This document shows, one piece after another, positions 1-13,924 of a DNA stretch of 64,000 bases (positions are counted from its first letter, which is position 1; every line of letters starts with the position of its first letter). The DNA is from the human T2T-CHM13v2.0 reference genome, Homo sapiens, in assembly GCF_009914755.1 (NCBI RefSeq), contig NC_060947.1; one strand, given 5' to 3'. The notes beneath the pieces were generated by a model, which saw nothing but the letters and a program-made list of their open reading frames with translations, made no database searches and had not been told where the DNA came from. A program made the position numbers and the translations under genes.

Positions 1-980
1 CAGAAGGAGTTTTTCCCCATAGCCACCACAGCTGGTAATGTGTTGAGCCTCACCTGAAGCCAGCAAGTCTCAGAGGCTCACCCAAGGCCCTCAACCTGGG
101 TATTGCAAGTGATGAATGGTGCCAGGACTTGGTCTTTTCCTTCAAGGCAGCAGGTTCCCTTCTGGCCCAGGGTGTGTCTAGAAGTGTCTAGGGCCTGGAA
201 TTGGGGCCTCATGACTCTTACTGGGGCCCTATCCTGATGTGGCTGAGCTGGTATCCAAGATGCAAGACAAAGTCTCTCTCTCTCTCAAAGTCCCTCTCCT
301 CTCCTCAAGTAGAAGGAAGGAGTCTCTTTTGGAGTCATTAGCTGTGTAGCCTGTAGTTAGGGAATGGGTGATGCCAGCACTCCCTTAGCTGCCCTGGCTG
401 ATGTCTCAGTATGGCACCTGCCCCCTCAGTCCACTGTCTCTGGGCCTAGTTCAGCACTAGGACTCACCTAAGAGTTGCAATCCTTGTGGCCTAGACTACC
501 TTTCAAGTTTACCTGGAGACAGACAGCACTGTAGCCCTAGGTGATGAGGTTTGCAAGAACTCTAGTTTGGACTGCTGGGCTTGGTGATTCCACTCTGGCT
601 AGGGCCTGTTTAAATGCTCCCTGCGTGGGCGGGTGTAAGCCGAGTTTGGTCCGGTTTTCTTTTCTGCCCTACCACGACAGCACTGAGTTCAATGCCTCAC
701 AATTGTTGTGTTCTTTTTCCCTCAGAGCCAAGAGATGCTCTCCGCAGCAGGCCACACTGCTGGGGGTAAGGGAGGGGTGGCGTCCGCCATTCAGAACTAT
801 TTTTTCTATCTCTTTAGTGCTTCTTTCAGTGATATGAAGTTAAAACTAGGTATTATAAGTGCTCACCTGATTTTTGGTTCCATGAAGATTTTTTTTTTTT
901 CCTGTGTAGATAGTTGTTAACTTGGTGTCCTTGAGGAGGGGACAATTGGTAGAGCCTTCTGTTCTGCCACCTTACTCTCC
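1..980 (-). mobile_element. L1MA-type LINE-1 5' UTR, runs off the window start
   Basis: Reverse complement begins GGAGAGTAAGGTGGCAGAACAGAAGGCTCTACC and aligns with the L1 5' UTR at 21262-22280. Confidence 0.85.
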
Positions 981-1899
981 CTTTCTCCTGGAATTGTTTT
1001 CTTATAAAGAGTTGTTTATTGAAAGTTTCACAAAAGGCCATTTTTTTTTAACTTTGAGTTGGGACTTCAAAAATCATGAGTGATCACAAACACACACACA
1101 ATTTCAAATCTAGGTTATTCATTGCAGAGGGCTGCTCAGGGAGGGAAATATCCTGTCACATCCAAAAGATTTGGCATACTCCCGGTTGCTAAGAGTGTCA
1201 CTACCAATTACTTTGCTTGTAAGGCGGCTTCTCTACAGATTCAGGAAGCAGGTGAGGTCTGTGATGGGCTCCTCAACTCCTCTTTCCTTAGAGCCTCATC
1301 TAAAGCTTCCCAGAGTTCTCTTAAGGCAGCCCTACTTTTCTGACATTCCTTGGTTACCATGTGGCCACCATGTGGCCTCCTACCCGAGTTTGACTTTGCT
1401 GATCCGTATCCTGAATGTCTCATTCTCAGCTACCCAACCACCGACCTCAAATTTTCTGTGTGATGACATTTTTATTAGCACAGAAGTCAGCATACAGTGG
1501 CAGACTTTGGTAAGAAGATGGTACGGGCAGGAGATGTGACCACAAAAGCAACATAGGCTCCAGAGATGTGGGAGAACTTCAGTGAGAGGTACATTTATAC
1601 AGGCAGAGGCAAGATTCAGAAATAAGGTCAAGGGAAAATGGTCATGAACAAGGATGAAAGCAACAGTAATTCATAGAGCAGGCTTAAATGTCATCATGGT
1701 TTGGGACCATGGTAGGATCAATAGACAAGATAGTCGGAGGACTGAACAAAAAGCAGAAGTCAGCAATGAAGCCAAGCCTCAGACAGTAGCAATAGAAATG
1801 ACATTAATTCAGGTCTCAGTCACTTCCTTCAGTTACCATCAGCTCAGCATCTTCCCTTTGAGGTGGCCCCCCAAGTTCTTAAAGGATCCAGGGTTTTAG

Positions 1900-2643
1900 T
1901 GTCAGTCAGAGTTCAATCAGAAAAGCAGAATCATTGGGAGATATTTCTCCCTATCTCTATCACTATCTCTTTCCCTATTACTATCTCTATCTCTAGCTAT
2001 ATCTATGTATTTACAACTATAGATAGCTCTATTAAGGAATTTATTATTGGAATTTGACCTTCTGCAATTTGTGGAAGTAGATTAAACAGCCCATATGAGG
2101 CTGTTGCTGATGAATCTAATGCTGGAGCCCAAATTCTCAGGACTTGCAGCCAGGAAGGGAAGACAAACATAAAGTAGAGGAAACAAAGATAAACTGGAAC
2201 TTGCAAAGCTGAGCTGGAACACATGAAGATGAACTAGAACCATGTTGGTCTCTCACCATAAACTTTATGCCTCCATCTTTGATGATGAAGCTTTCCTGCA
2301 GAAGTTAGCACCTTTCATCTCAGAGATAAACACCTAATTTTTGAGGGAATTGGAGAAGCTGTAAGAGGCAAGAGATTGAGCAGTTATGGCCCAGATGCTG
2401 CCTCACACTAGGGTGAGGCAGCAGATGGGAGTGAACCTGTGTGAGCTGAAATAGCACCTTATGCCCTATACCGATAATTCAAGAGTAAGAAGAAGATGGT
2501 TCTGCTTCATTTATATCATCATCTCTTGCATCATATGCAAAACATCTCTTGTGGCCCACACTAACCCAGAAATACACAGGGAAGGAAACTCTGGAGAAAT
2601 ATTGTACTAGCTTTGCTAAGTTGACACAGAACAAATCTACAAT
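1900..2643 (-). mobile_element. ERVL solo LTR, LTR41-like
   Basis: GCTAAGTTGACACA terminus preceded by GGGAAGGAAACTCTGGAGAAAT; homologous along its length to 10407-11127. Confidence 0.6.
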
Positions 2644-5254
2644 GCTTGTCAGCACAGATCATGTTTCTCACTGAAAAATTCCTTATTTTTCCAGGAGCAT
2701 TTGTTGTCACATCTTCAGAAAAGAACCCCCACTCTGTAGGGTTCACGTTCCCAGTAGATGGGTAGAACCTACCTCAAGGCTTTCTGGGGCAAGAATTGTG
2801 ATAGCTGGGATCTTAACTGGAGCCCTGAGGAGCATTTTCCACTTAATCAGCTTAAGGAATAAGGCTAAAAGGATGGGATTTCTCAGTCCAATGACATAAA
2901 ATAGTTCCATAACTCATAAGGCTAGCCCTTTGTATTCTCATGGAGTATAGTACAGACTCACACACATTTTAACCACAAGCTGTACTCCTGTGAGATTTGC
3001 TCTTAAGTAAAGATGAATGAAGCAGATGAGGAGGGAGAGGGTTGCTTGGTATATCTAACTGGTTTGCCTTAATGGTTGTGACCATAGCTCTCTAAAAAGA
3101 ACTAACAGTGAAGAGTAAACAGACATGGAGTGGAGGGACTACTTATCCCTTCCTTAAGGCAAATAAATCCCCTTCCTTCAGGTACTGATTTAGGATAACT
3201 TTTACAATGTAAAAGTGAATGCACCCAGCATTATCCGTTTAATTTTCTTGCTTGTTTTGTTTGTGATCATTGTTAATTAATGGAGGTAAAGACACTACAA
3301 AAAGAAAAACAAAACAAAAAATAACTGGCTCTGGATGGCTATATAAGAATAATTTTGAGTTTAAAGGGATTCCAAGAATAAAAACAATTACAGGTCAGCC
3401 TTGCAAATTGTCAGCTGCCCTAGGCCAAACATGATTTATGTGTGCAGTAAAGGATTCAGCTTGTTTCTTGATCTGCCCTAGGATTCCATTTTTCTTCTAC
3501 TAACTATGACGTCCCTCCTCCATACACATAAACCCATCCCTGTCACCAGCAACTTTGAAAAACAAAAGCAGTTTTGCAATGTTTGGATCCTGGTAAATTT
3601 CATATGCTTATTTTCAACAAATGGCCTGGATAAGAGTTTCCAATAAACTACAAACCAAGCTTATTTTGTTTTATTCACGGAGCAAAAATCTTTTCTAACA
3701 CACAAGTGAACAAGATCATGATTTATGTATCAAGAATTAAAAATATATTCTTCATCAAAATCTATAACTTATATCTTTATCTGGAGTAAGCAGTTATGGT
3801 AACTAAATACCTGCATATTTTTTCACTTCTTTGTTACATGATTCCCCTTGTTAGGAACCCCTTTGGAACCAAAATGCCCTATATTCTTAATGACTTGTGG
3901 AGCCAGATTTATCTTTCTAGTTTCATCCCTGTTGAAATCCCATTAGAGGAGATGGCCTATTGTTACATTTTCATTGCAAATTGCACACCTGATATTTTAG
4001 GACATTTAATAATTAAGTGAGCAGCAGCATGACTCCTGAGTAACTGCAAAATGATTTGACAGCAATTGAAAAAGTGTATTAGCCTATACTTTAGATCCAA
4101 CAGCTTCTTATCTAAGAGGAAAAGGTGCCAGCACCCTTTCAGAGAATTAGATGGAGGAGGACACATTGACACTAATACGGATTGGAGAAAACCAGGCAAT
4201 ATGAGCATGGGCAATCTCTAAAGATTTTTTTTGTAATTGGGAAGTGAGAATACTTTACACAGTGATGAGGATGTTTGTCCTGTTTTTGTGATGTGTGTCA
4301 TGCATTATTATCCTAGCTCAAAGTATATATATATCCACATATCCAGTATTAGGAGGCAGGATTGTTTGTTTGTTTTATTTTATTTTTTCATGTTGTTTTG
4401 CAAATACAATCTCTGGTGAGGAATAGATAGTTCTTAACTTTAGGAAATACACAATCTAAATACTGAACTAATAGAAAGTCAAGGATGGTTAGAATTAGCA
4501 ACCAGGACACTAGCCTTTCCAAGCTGATGCTAAATCCATACTGACTTTCCCCTAATAGTCTCTTCAGGCCTATTTATTTTCACCCATCATTGGAAAACAT
4601 ACTTCTGACTTTATTTTCTTTAGCTCTCAAATAAGAAATCCTTGGTTTGCTTGTGAGATTTTGTCTAAGAGAGCAAACATTGACCTTGTCTACATTTCAG
4701 TTATTAGAAGTATTAACCGTAATAGTTATAACCTTTTCAGCTATAAATATGACATACATAAGGACACAACTCAGTTGAAATTCTAAACAATGAATAGATT
4801 ATTTTTCTCGCCTACAGAGAAATGAACACCTTTATACCATACATGTGTATCATGTATAGGAGTCAGATTTTAGCTAATTCAACAAGGAGGGCTTGATCAA
4901 ATCTCCCCCAAGGACCATTGTTATTTTAATTTTGAAGAATTCAGAAATTTAGCTTCTCAATTTCAAGATTCTACTAGAATCAGGAATACAATTAGTCTGA
5001 TAATCACATTGCTCTAGAATAACATTCTTAACATCTGTCCATATAAATGCCACTTACCATTAAGATGAACAGTGACTGGTTTTGAATTTTGTTTTGCCCA
5101 CAAATCATTGTTAAACTTGAAGTTTCTTTACCTTTGGCTTATAGAGTGGGGATTCCTTAAATAAATTTAAGGAATTGTTATGGAGACTACAGGGCAACAC
5201 TCCTCTTCTTTCATGATATCCAAAGGAAGAGAACTCTACTAAAAAGAGGTCTGG

Positions 5255-5440
5255 GCACAAAACTGAGTACGAGACTCAGAGGTTTGCAAACTTAGTTGTG
5301 CCACTAACTTGGCTTAACCCTGGATAATACAAATTATGTCTATGTGTATGAGTTTTCTCATCAGGAAAGTGAGGTATGATCTTTGTTTGCCCTACTTCTC
5401 TGTGTTTTGATGGCCTAAAGAGGAATGAAAAAGTACTTTG
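5255..5440 (+). mobile_element. MIR SINE, degenerate
   Basis: Core-like GAGTTTTCTCATCAGGAAAGTGAGG. Confidence 0.55.
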
Positions 5441-5564
5441 CCAGCTGCAGGACATCATGCGAAGCTACAATCTTACAATATGAGGCTTCCTGTGAGTGAC
5501 AAGGCCATTGGAAGTCAGGAATACCTCATGGTAAACAAATCTCTGACCATGCTTTTCTCTAAAT

Positions 5565-5730
5565 CAATTGTTCCCAACCCTAGCTGCATATGGGACAGCT
5601 CTAAAATATTAATGCCTGGATCACACCACCAGTGACTCTGATGTCATTGGTCTGGGGTGTGGCCTAAGCATAAGGATTTCTAAAATCTTCCCAGGTGATT
5701 CTAACCTGCTGTCAAGGTCAAGAAACACTG
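5565..5730. mobile_element. MER5-family hAT-Charlie MITE
   Basis: GGTCTGGGGTGTGGCCTAAGCAT...CCCAGGTGATTCTAA...GAAACACTG. Confidence 0.75.
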
Positions 5731-5847
5731 CAAAGTATTGTGGAGTAATGACTTTTGGATGCCTGACTCTTGCTCATACCTTATGCTACTTGTCTGGCTT
5801 AAATGCTGGCCTGTAGAAACATCCTCCCAAAGCTTCACTGGATCCAG

Positions 5848-6480
5848 TTGTAGAAAGTAGAACACTGGGATAGGATCAGAAAACCTACATGTGAGTCCTT
5901 GATGTGTCACCTTAGAGCTGTGTGACTTTGGGCAATTCATGACTATGCCAATGATAATAACAATATGACAGCTAGCATTTATTGTACATCAATTAATGAC
6001 TAATAATTAGAAATGGTTAACATGTCCAGTCTCCAATAACAACCCAAAGTGGACATTATTTTCCCATTTTACATCAGAGAAAACTGAGGCCTCATCATAT
6101 TGAATGACTTACCCATGTTTTTCCTTATTTGCAAAATGGGTATAATAATAACCTGTCATACATAATAATGAGATAAAAAAATGTACAGGAAAGTTATCTG
6201 TAAACTAAGGCATTGTACATAAATTTAGCAAATATATAGCCATGTGGATAAAGCTTGAGATTTTGCTTCAAACAGTCTTGAGTTTCTTTCCCAGTTCTGT
6301 CTACATAATTGCAGGACAATCTTAAGAAGTTTATTTAGCATCATTTTACTGTGTTTTTAAAACCACATAATGGGAGATCTTATTGTCTTCTTTTATAGGA
6401 TTATTGTGGATTACAGATAACGTACTTAAAAAGCAAAGCATAGTGCCTGGCACTATAGCTCAATAAAAGCAGCTATTGTC
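5848..6480. mobile_element. MIR cluster: + MIR interrupted by a - MIR (~5950-6115), then a second + MIR (~6240-6480)
   Basis: GCTGTGTGACTTTGGGCAA; CCCATTTTACATCAGAGAAAACTGAGGC; TTTGCAAAATGGGTATAATAAT; GCATAGTGCCTGGCAC. Confidence 0.7.
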
Positions 6481-6949
6481 ATTTTCAATTGTTGGGGTCT
6501 CTATAGATCAGGTAGTTCCTGCTTCCAAATTTATGATTAATACCTATTGAAATCTTTCTGTGTCTTCGTTGTTAAAGTATTATTATTGTTAGAATTCTAT
6601 TTCCATCCTGGATTTTGAATCATTAGGGTTGGGTTTTGGGCTTTGTATAAAGTACACTTAAAGACCTTTTGGTCTATCTCTATATTTAAACAGAGCCTAC
6701 TGTTTGGACAATCTCTTTTGAGTAAGAGTGGACAAATGGCATATCTCCACTTTCATTGTAGCAGGACCTGGAAAGTCAGTTCACCTTGGCCACCATACTC
6801 ATCATAATCCTGGTCAGAATATTCACTAGGAGCTTCAATATTTACAGACTCTGAAGGAATTTGCAGACACTGTGTCTCAGCTCCATTTTGCATAGGAGAA
6901 TACAACTATACCTAACAGTCATTACAGGGAAATTTGAGCCCTCTCCCTG

Positions 6950-7376
6950 TTCAGTCTCTCAGTTACCTACATACCCAATCCACTTACCACAGGTCACTGA
7001 AGTTTTCTTTCAAAGATGCAAATTTAATGATCGTTTTTGTTTGATTCTTCCTTGCTTTCAGGACAAAGTCTAAACTTTGCCTGGAATGTCTTTTTTTCTT
7101 TGTCTTGGCAAGTAACCAAATACTTCCCCTCTCAGCACCAGTGCAGACTTCACCTGCTCTGTGAGGTCTCCTCCGACTCTCCGAGGCTGGACTGCATGCC
7201 CCCATGACACCTGCATCAACCTCTAAACAAGCATATTGCCTTGGAATTGTAGGTTTACAATTCTAGAATGTGAGCCCCAATGCTATGCCTTACTTATCTT
7301 TAAACTCTTACTCTGAGAACAGTGCCAGTTCCATAACAGGGGTTCAATAAACGTTTAGTAAATGAAGTAAATGAAG
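6950..7376 (+). mobile_element. L2 3' fragment
   Basis: CTAGAATGTGAGCCCC...GGGGTTCAATAAACGTTTAGTAAATGAAGTAAATGAA, an L2-type tail. Confidence 0.65.
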
Positions 7377-7689
7377 AAAATAAAATATCTAACCTTGTAA
7401 AAATTGTGTACAAAGTTAGAGTAAATAGACTTTGAGTTAAGGCTTGAGGACCTTTCCTATATATGAATTGAATAAACTTAGTGTATAAACTTGAAGACCT
7501 TTATTTAGAGTATTTGATACTTTTTGATTACTTTCTGAATATTAACTATGCTGTGGGTAGTTGATATTATTTGATAAGTGACTTTCCAATATGGATATTG
7601 TAATATGCTCAAGATTCAGCATATGATATGCATTATAAAAAATAAAAACATAGTTATTACCTTGATATCTATTGATAAATATCCTTGAC

Positions 7690-7830
7690 AGGAGTAAGGA
7701 ACCTCCTTCCTCCTACTCACTCAGCAACTAGCTTGGACAGGTCAATTAACTTTTCTGGGCTTCAGTTGCCTACAAATGAGAGGCTTGAAATAAACAATGT
7801 CTAAATTTTCTGCCAGCTCAAACATGCTAT
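7690..7830 (+). mobile_element. MIR3/MIR fragment
   Basis: TTAACTTTTCTGGGCTTCAGTTGCC...ACAAATGAGAGGCTTGAA. Confidence 0.55.
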
Positions 7831-9229
7831 AATCATGTAAAACCATGCTCTCAAAAAAGGGTTGATGTGTTTTGCATTGCAGAGCTTTTTCTAACTTGGA
7901 TATTTGATTTTGACTCTATAATAAACTGAAGGTCCCTTAAAAGAAAGATCATGAATGCAGGGAGGAAGGTTCAGGTAAAGATTATCTTAAAAAAGGAGCG
8001 AAATAGAGTCAGGGTGGAAAGTGAGATTTGTGACCCAGCCTGTCTTTTCTCCCTCTATCTTCACACTGTCCTATTTATTTTTTAGGGCAAGAGATGAAAG
8101 TAGGTTGGACTTGGAGGGGGATGGGCAGAGGGGCATCCTGCAGCTGCAGTTTCCTTTCATGTCCCCCTTAAACCCAGTGACAGGATAGAGGAAAAGCTAA
8201 TTGAGGTGAGATGACTTCCCATGTGCCTGAGGGTCCTAAGCCCTTTCATCTCCCGTTTCCCTCTGAACATTTAAAACCTGCATAATGACAAACACCAAGA
8301 CTACAATCCTGACAGGGCTAGGCTGAGCATTTTGTGCTCAAAAAACGTTCTTTCTAAACTCTGGGGCCTGGGGGATTTGCGAGGGGAGATTGAGGACTTC
8401 ATTGCCTCTCTCCCTTCCAGATGAAAAAGCAGCTGCTTGTGGAATTTATGTGTTGGTGGTTTGACAGACATGAAGGTGGAAGTACCTGTGATCGAGTAAG
8501 CAAATGAGAGGCTGATTTCTCCTGAAAGAGATGGGAATTGCACTCTCTAAGGAATGCAGTATGACGTGGGAGTGCCTGAGCTAGTCCTCAGAAGGCTCTA
8601 ATGGGATTCTCTTCTTCACTTTTTTTAAGCCCCGAGGCTCTGTCGTACAAGGCTATATTCTGCTGACTGAGTGTGCTGACGAGGTGGTTAACAAGTGCTC
8701 TGTTAGTTCTTAGCAGGCAGGAGTTTTCAGTTGTTTCAGCACTTACTCACCTTTTAGCTTCTCTCCAGTATGTTTGGATTCTTGGTTGTGCTTTGTTTTG
8801 TTTTGTTTCATTTTGTTTTGTTTCTGATAGTTTATGTGGTAGATGGATGGAATGATTTTTGAAAACGACCTTGTGGGCTTCCAGTTTCCCCATTACATTG
8901 GGGAGTTTGTCAAGAAGAGCACCCATTCGCTCTATCAAATAAGTGGCTATGGTCATTTGTAATGGTCTTCACTGCAAATGATAACCCTTAATCTCTTCAC
9001 CCCAGACTGGATGGGCACCATATGTTTGCAAGGTACTTACTTTTTGAACCTGGATTTTCTTGTACTTGGAAATGTGGTATCTTTGGACAAATGCTGTAGT
9101 AAGTAGCAGAGCCAATGGGCACCTTCTCACCCTTCAGAGCACCAGTTTTCTCTGGGGGCTCCCAGAACACGTAGGTTATCTTCCAAATGCTTTTTACATT
9201 CACATGACCAGATTCCCCCTAACTTTTAC

Positions 9230-9625
9230 ATTTTGTTTTATTTATTTGTGTTTTGAATTAGTGCTACATCTACATGGCACAAAATGGAAAAGGTACAAGA
9301 GTATTTTGTGAAAAGTCTTCCTCTTATTCCTGTCCCTCAGCCTACCTGTCCTCTCCTTCAGAGGTAACTTACCAATGTTACTGTTTTCTTTCTGAATCCT
9401 TCCAAAGATATTCCATACTTATACAAGCAACTACGTACACAGGATATTTTTACTCCTTTACAAACCCACATGGTAGCAGAGCATACACAGCTAGACCCCT
9501 TGCTTGATTCACTTACATGTTTCAGAGATTTTTCCATCATCAATCCATATACACATACCTTATTCTTTTTTTATAGCTGCACAGTATTTTGGGCCTTGGA
9601 TTTACCATAGTATATTTAACCAATT
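9230..9625 (-). mobile_element. Old L1 (L1MC/L1ME) 3' UTR fragment
   Basis: AAAAGGTACAAGAG...GTGAAAAGTCTTCCTC...TTCTTTTTTTATAGCTGCACAGTATT...TATTTAACCAATT. Confidence 0.7.
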
Positions 9626-10231
9626 ATGAGGTCATCCATAACTTAGAAATATGTGCACAGAAGACATTGTTGCAAGGAACAGCATCACCGCACAGTTTCC
9701 TCTTATCTTGTTCCAGCAAGTTATATGTTATTTGTGCCTCTTCCCAGGGGCACTAAGTTTGGTGCTAAACCTCCCCATAGCTTGAAGCCTGCACACACAT
9801 GCACACAAACAAACACACACACCACCTCTCTGCCACCAGACCCCTGATGCCTGGGAACCATTTTTCTTTTCTTTAGTGAGAAGGCTAGATTTCTAACCTC
9901 TTGACCTATATTATTTTATTAGTAGCACTACTTTTATATAGTTCTGGCATTATGCCCTGGACATGGGAAAAATTTGTTCCAGCATTGCTAGGCCATTTAA
10001 GACTGTGACATGTCACTGGAGTATCATGGTAAGTAATTGCCATGTTACCCTATTCCCTATCATACGTGTATGTCATCAAGCAGCCCTACTGTACCTAGAC
10101 ATTACAGGTCACAGAGAAATCACTACAGCATCCTGGGTTGAGAATATAAATTTTAGTTCTAGGAGTTGGATAATTGTAATATCTTTTGTATTTAACAGTG
10201 GCTATTGGTTTCTTAACATAGCTCAGCTTAT

Positions 10232-10342
10232 ATAGATACTGAGTCTCCCAGGGCAGGAACCATCACCTGCCTTACTCATCTTGTTTCCTTTAATGCTTAA
10301 CACAGTGCCTGGCATCTGAAAAGCATTCACTATAGACTGAAA
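10232..10342 (+). mobile_element. L2 3' end
   Basis: GAGTCTCCCAGGGCAGGAACC...AACACAGTGCCTGGCA. Confidence 0.65.
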
Positions 10343-10406
10343 GATTTGAGTATTTGGAAGAAATATTAGAAAGATAAATCATTTTGAATTTTACATAAGA
10401 TCCTTA

Positions 10407-11127
10407 TATATGTTAGGGTTTGATTAGAGAAGCAAAACTATAAGCAATATGTAAAGGATTTATTACAAGAATTTGACTTACATAATTAAGGAAGCTTGAT
10501 TTTTGTATGATGGTTGCTTCTGCACCTGGTGCTGGGTCTGACGTCAGCAGGACAGGTAACTGGGAAGGAAAGATGGACAAAAAGTAAGAGAAAGTAGGGA
10601 CGGACTAGAACCCATCTGAGGAAAAGCCAGGATGTGTGCCAGTCTCAAACTTCTCTCAAGCCTCCAACTTCAATAATGCAGTGACACGAAGGAGAATTCA
10701 ATGCCCTTCCTCATAATGCTGAACATGGATTTGATGCAGGAGTCAGAGAAGTTAAGGGAAAGACATACTTGTAGTTGGAGGAAAGATAGATCTGACTTTT
10801 GCCCCAGAAGCTGCATAAAGTAGTCCAGGATTTGGAGAAGCTCTAGAAGATCTGGCAGGAGCTGGAGGAGCTCTGGGACCAGCTGCTGCCCTACACCAAC
10901 AGGGCGAGCCAGCAGATCAGTGACAATGTGTGGGAACTGCAACATCACCCTGTGCCGTGCACTGTCCTTTCAAGTGTAAAAAAGAATATGGACACTGCTT
11001 TACTCCACTGTGCAAATCTTACCCAAAATGTCTCTTGTGACCTATGTGAACTAAAAAGTATGAGAGAAGGGAATTCTGGGAAACATAGTTCCAGGTTAGC
11101 TAAGTTGACAGAATAAATCCACCATCA
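10407..11127 (-). mobile_element. ERVL solo LTR, LTR41-like
   Basis: GGGAATTCTGGGAAACATAGTTCCAGGTTAGCTAAGTTGACA terminus; homologous to 1900-2643. Confidence 0.6.
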
Positions 11128-11601
11128 GCAGGGTTTGCTTTCTTTTGATATCACCCCAAATCGGGTTATCTAAAAGGAAGCATTCACAGACTAAACTAAC
11201 CTCCCAATTTAATCCTCAATATCTATAGAAAGGCAAAGAAGAATACTATATCTTTCTATTGCTCCCCCAAAATAGTATTTTTACCCTCATGGGAAACCTA
11301 TGGTTTTACTGGGAATATTACAAACCCCTTCCCTGGAAGAATCTACTTTACAAAGGCAAAATTATTCACCTCCAGATATCATAGAGCTTAGTTCAAACAG
11401 GAAAAAGAAAAAGTCTTGTTTTTCCAGTAGCTGTTCCTTCTGAGTTCAGTATTTTTTTCCCAGCCCACTCAAAGTTAAAAAAAAATGTTGTGCATATAAG
11501 CTATTTTTTCTTCTTCTTGAATTTACTTTCATTTTATTCTTAAATTTGCTAAAAGCAGTAAAACAACCTGATAGTAGATCTCAGAGAATCTAGCAATGCT
11601 T

Positions 11602-11844
<243 letters not shown>

Positions 11845-11892
11845 GGAGGTATTTTCAGCCTATTCCAAAGTTGCTCAGTTCTATTCAGACAC

Positions 11893-12318
11893 TGTGGTAG
11901 GGTGCACAATTGGTACTAATTTTTACTTCTTTTTGTATTTCCACCTTTGTTGTGGGACTTGTGACTTTGCAGGTCCTCTGATTACAGGGACCAAGTCTAT
12001 TTCCTCAGCAGTTGACTTTGGGCTGGGCTGTGTGACTTGATTTGGCCAATAGCATATTGGCAGAAACAAGAGTAGCCAGTTCTGAGTCTAGGCCCTAAGG
12101 GGCCTTGTGTCTTTTGCCTGCCCTCTTGTACTTCTGCCATCCCCTAAGAAAGGCTTCTCCTGGGTAGTGCGACCCCTCAGCCAAAACCACAGAGGAGGCA
12201 AACATAGAACAGAGCTGTTCCAAATGACCTGAAGATCTGTGAGAACAAATGTCTGTTGTTTAAAGCCAAACGATTTTGGGCGTGGTTTGTTATGTAGCAT
12301 TTTTGTGGAAATACCTGC
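11893..12318 (+). mobile_element. MaLR LTR, MLT1H/I-like
   Basis: TGTGG start; TGTGACTTGATTTGGCCAATAG; TTGTTTAAAGCCA...GTGGTTTGTTATGTAGCA. Confidence 0.75.
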
Positions 12319-12802
12319 TTGAGTTTTCTTTTGCTATGTAACACCGCCCTCAAAAAAAAAAAAAATACTTAGTGGCTTGCAGCAACAATCATTTATTTGC
12401 TCACAGATCTGGGATTTGGGCAGAGCTCGGCAGGGAAGGCTCCTCCCTCTTCCACATGGGGCAGCTTGAAGGAATGTGGAAGACTCAACTTCCAAGAAGG
12501 CTCACTTGTGACTGGCAAGTTGGTGCTGGCTTCCAGCTTGAGCTCACTGGGGGCCTCTTCACATGTACCTCTCCTTGGCTTTCCCACACATGGTGGCTGG
12601 GTTCCAAAATGAGCATGTTAAGAGATAGAAAGTAGAAACTGCCAATTTCTTAAGTCTTGGACCCAGAAACTGGTTCAGCCTCACTTCTGCCATATTTTAT
12701 CAGTCCAGAATTCTCAGAGCCCATAGTCAAGGGCAGAGGATATAGAACTTGCTCTGTGAGGAATGTCAAAGAATTTGGGGGCCATGTTCTAAAACTGCTA
12801 CA
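12319..12802 (-). mobile_element. MaLR LTR, MLT1G/H-like, tail-to-tail with the previous LTR
   Basis: CTTAGTGGCTTGCAGCAACAATCATTTATTTGCTCACA...CTTCTGCCATATTTTATC...CTGCTACA. Confidence 0.75.
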
Positions 12803-13099
12803 ATATTTAACCAATATAGACATCTTGAAGCTTAAACTCTTCAACCAGAAAGGGAAAATAAATCTCTGGGGGTGAAAAAAAAAAAAAAAGGGAGGAGTAA
12901 GAAACAGAAAAGACACGTGAGAAATATCACCCATTTCACACTCGTCTTAGATGTTTCTAAGTTTCTACTCTAGGAACAAAGCAAAAGAAGAGACCAATAT
13001 TTCTGCGGCCCACTTGGCAATTAGAAGCATTTTTTTAAGAGTTTCAACTTGAGAATTTTGAGTAGGAAGTTGACAAAATAAAATCTGGGTCACGGTGAT

Positions 13100-13280
13100 G
13101 TCATGGATAGAAAAATCATTTTATTCAGGTGATCTGGCTCTGCCCCGATTCTGTACTACCTTCCTATGACCTCCGGCACTGGCATGTTATTTAACCTCTC
13201 TGGGTCTCAGGTCTTTCATCTGTAAATGGAGTGAACAGGGTGGTATTTGAGGTTTCTTCCTGTTCTGACACTCTATAAAT
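13100..13280 (+). mobile_element. MIR/MIR3
   Basis: TTATTTAACCTCTCTGGGTCTCAGGTCTTTCATCTGTAAATGG. Confidence 0.65.
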
Positions 13281-13721
13281 CATTGTCATTTTCTTTATGA
13301 CTCTGACATCTAAATGATGGCCTGGACTTTCTATATTTAACTCTCCAGAATCTATTTTTTGCTGCATGCCCTTGATAATGAATGGGATTCCTTAGTAAAA
13401 CTAAACCTTAAGGTCTGAGCAATAATGAGCTTCAGAATAATGATTGCCAGGCTGAGTGGGACAGCCACACTAGCAGCTGAGCACTCACTTCTCATTGTAA
13501 TTAGAATGAAATGAAAACACCTTTTTTTCCTCCACTTTAGAATGGAAAGGAAGACTAACATTTTCAAAGGGAAGTTTACCAAAAGCTAAGAAAACAAAAC
13601 AGAAATAATTGCCCCAAAATAAGTAGCATAAAATATTCATATCTAAAATACAGGAAATAAAAGCAATAAAGAGTTTTTCTGTGCTGAAATCTCCTTATGC
13701 TAAATAGCTATCTCCTGTCCC

Positions 13722-13920
13722 TGTGGTGCTGTGGATTAGAAGTGATAAAACGTGGGTTCAAATCCCAGCTCTGCTATTTAAAACTTTTACCTGGGCCAAG
13801 TTCCCCAAGCATATTGAACCTTAATTTCTTCATCTCTAAAATGAGAATAATCATATCTATCGCTGACAGTTGTTGATAGGATTAAATTAGATAATATAGG
13901 CAAAATAACAGGCTCATAGA
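13722..13920 (+). mobile_element. MIR
   Basis: GGGTTCAAATCCCAGCTCTGCTA...TTTCTTCATCTCTAAAATGAGAATAAT. Confidence 0.8.
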
Positions 13921-13924
13921 AGGT

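Noticed and set aside
1080-1631. Overlapping ORFs in unique-looking sequence, including RAALRELWEALDEALRKEEL
   Set aside because: No protein I recognise and no convincing exon boundaries.
10670-10948. Leucine-rich 92-aa ORF
   Set aside because: Lies wholly within the LTR41-like element.
1900-11127. Two same-orientation LTR41-like elements as the ends of one provirus
   Set aside because: The interval is MIR, L2, L1M and unique DNA with no recognisable ERVL internal sequence, and the LTRs differ structurally.
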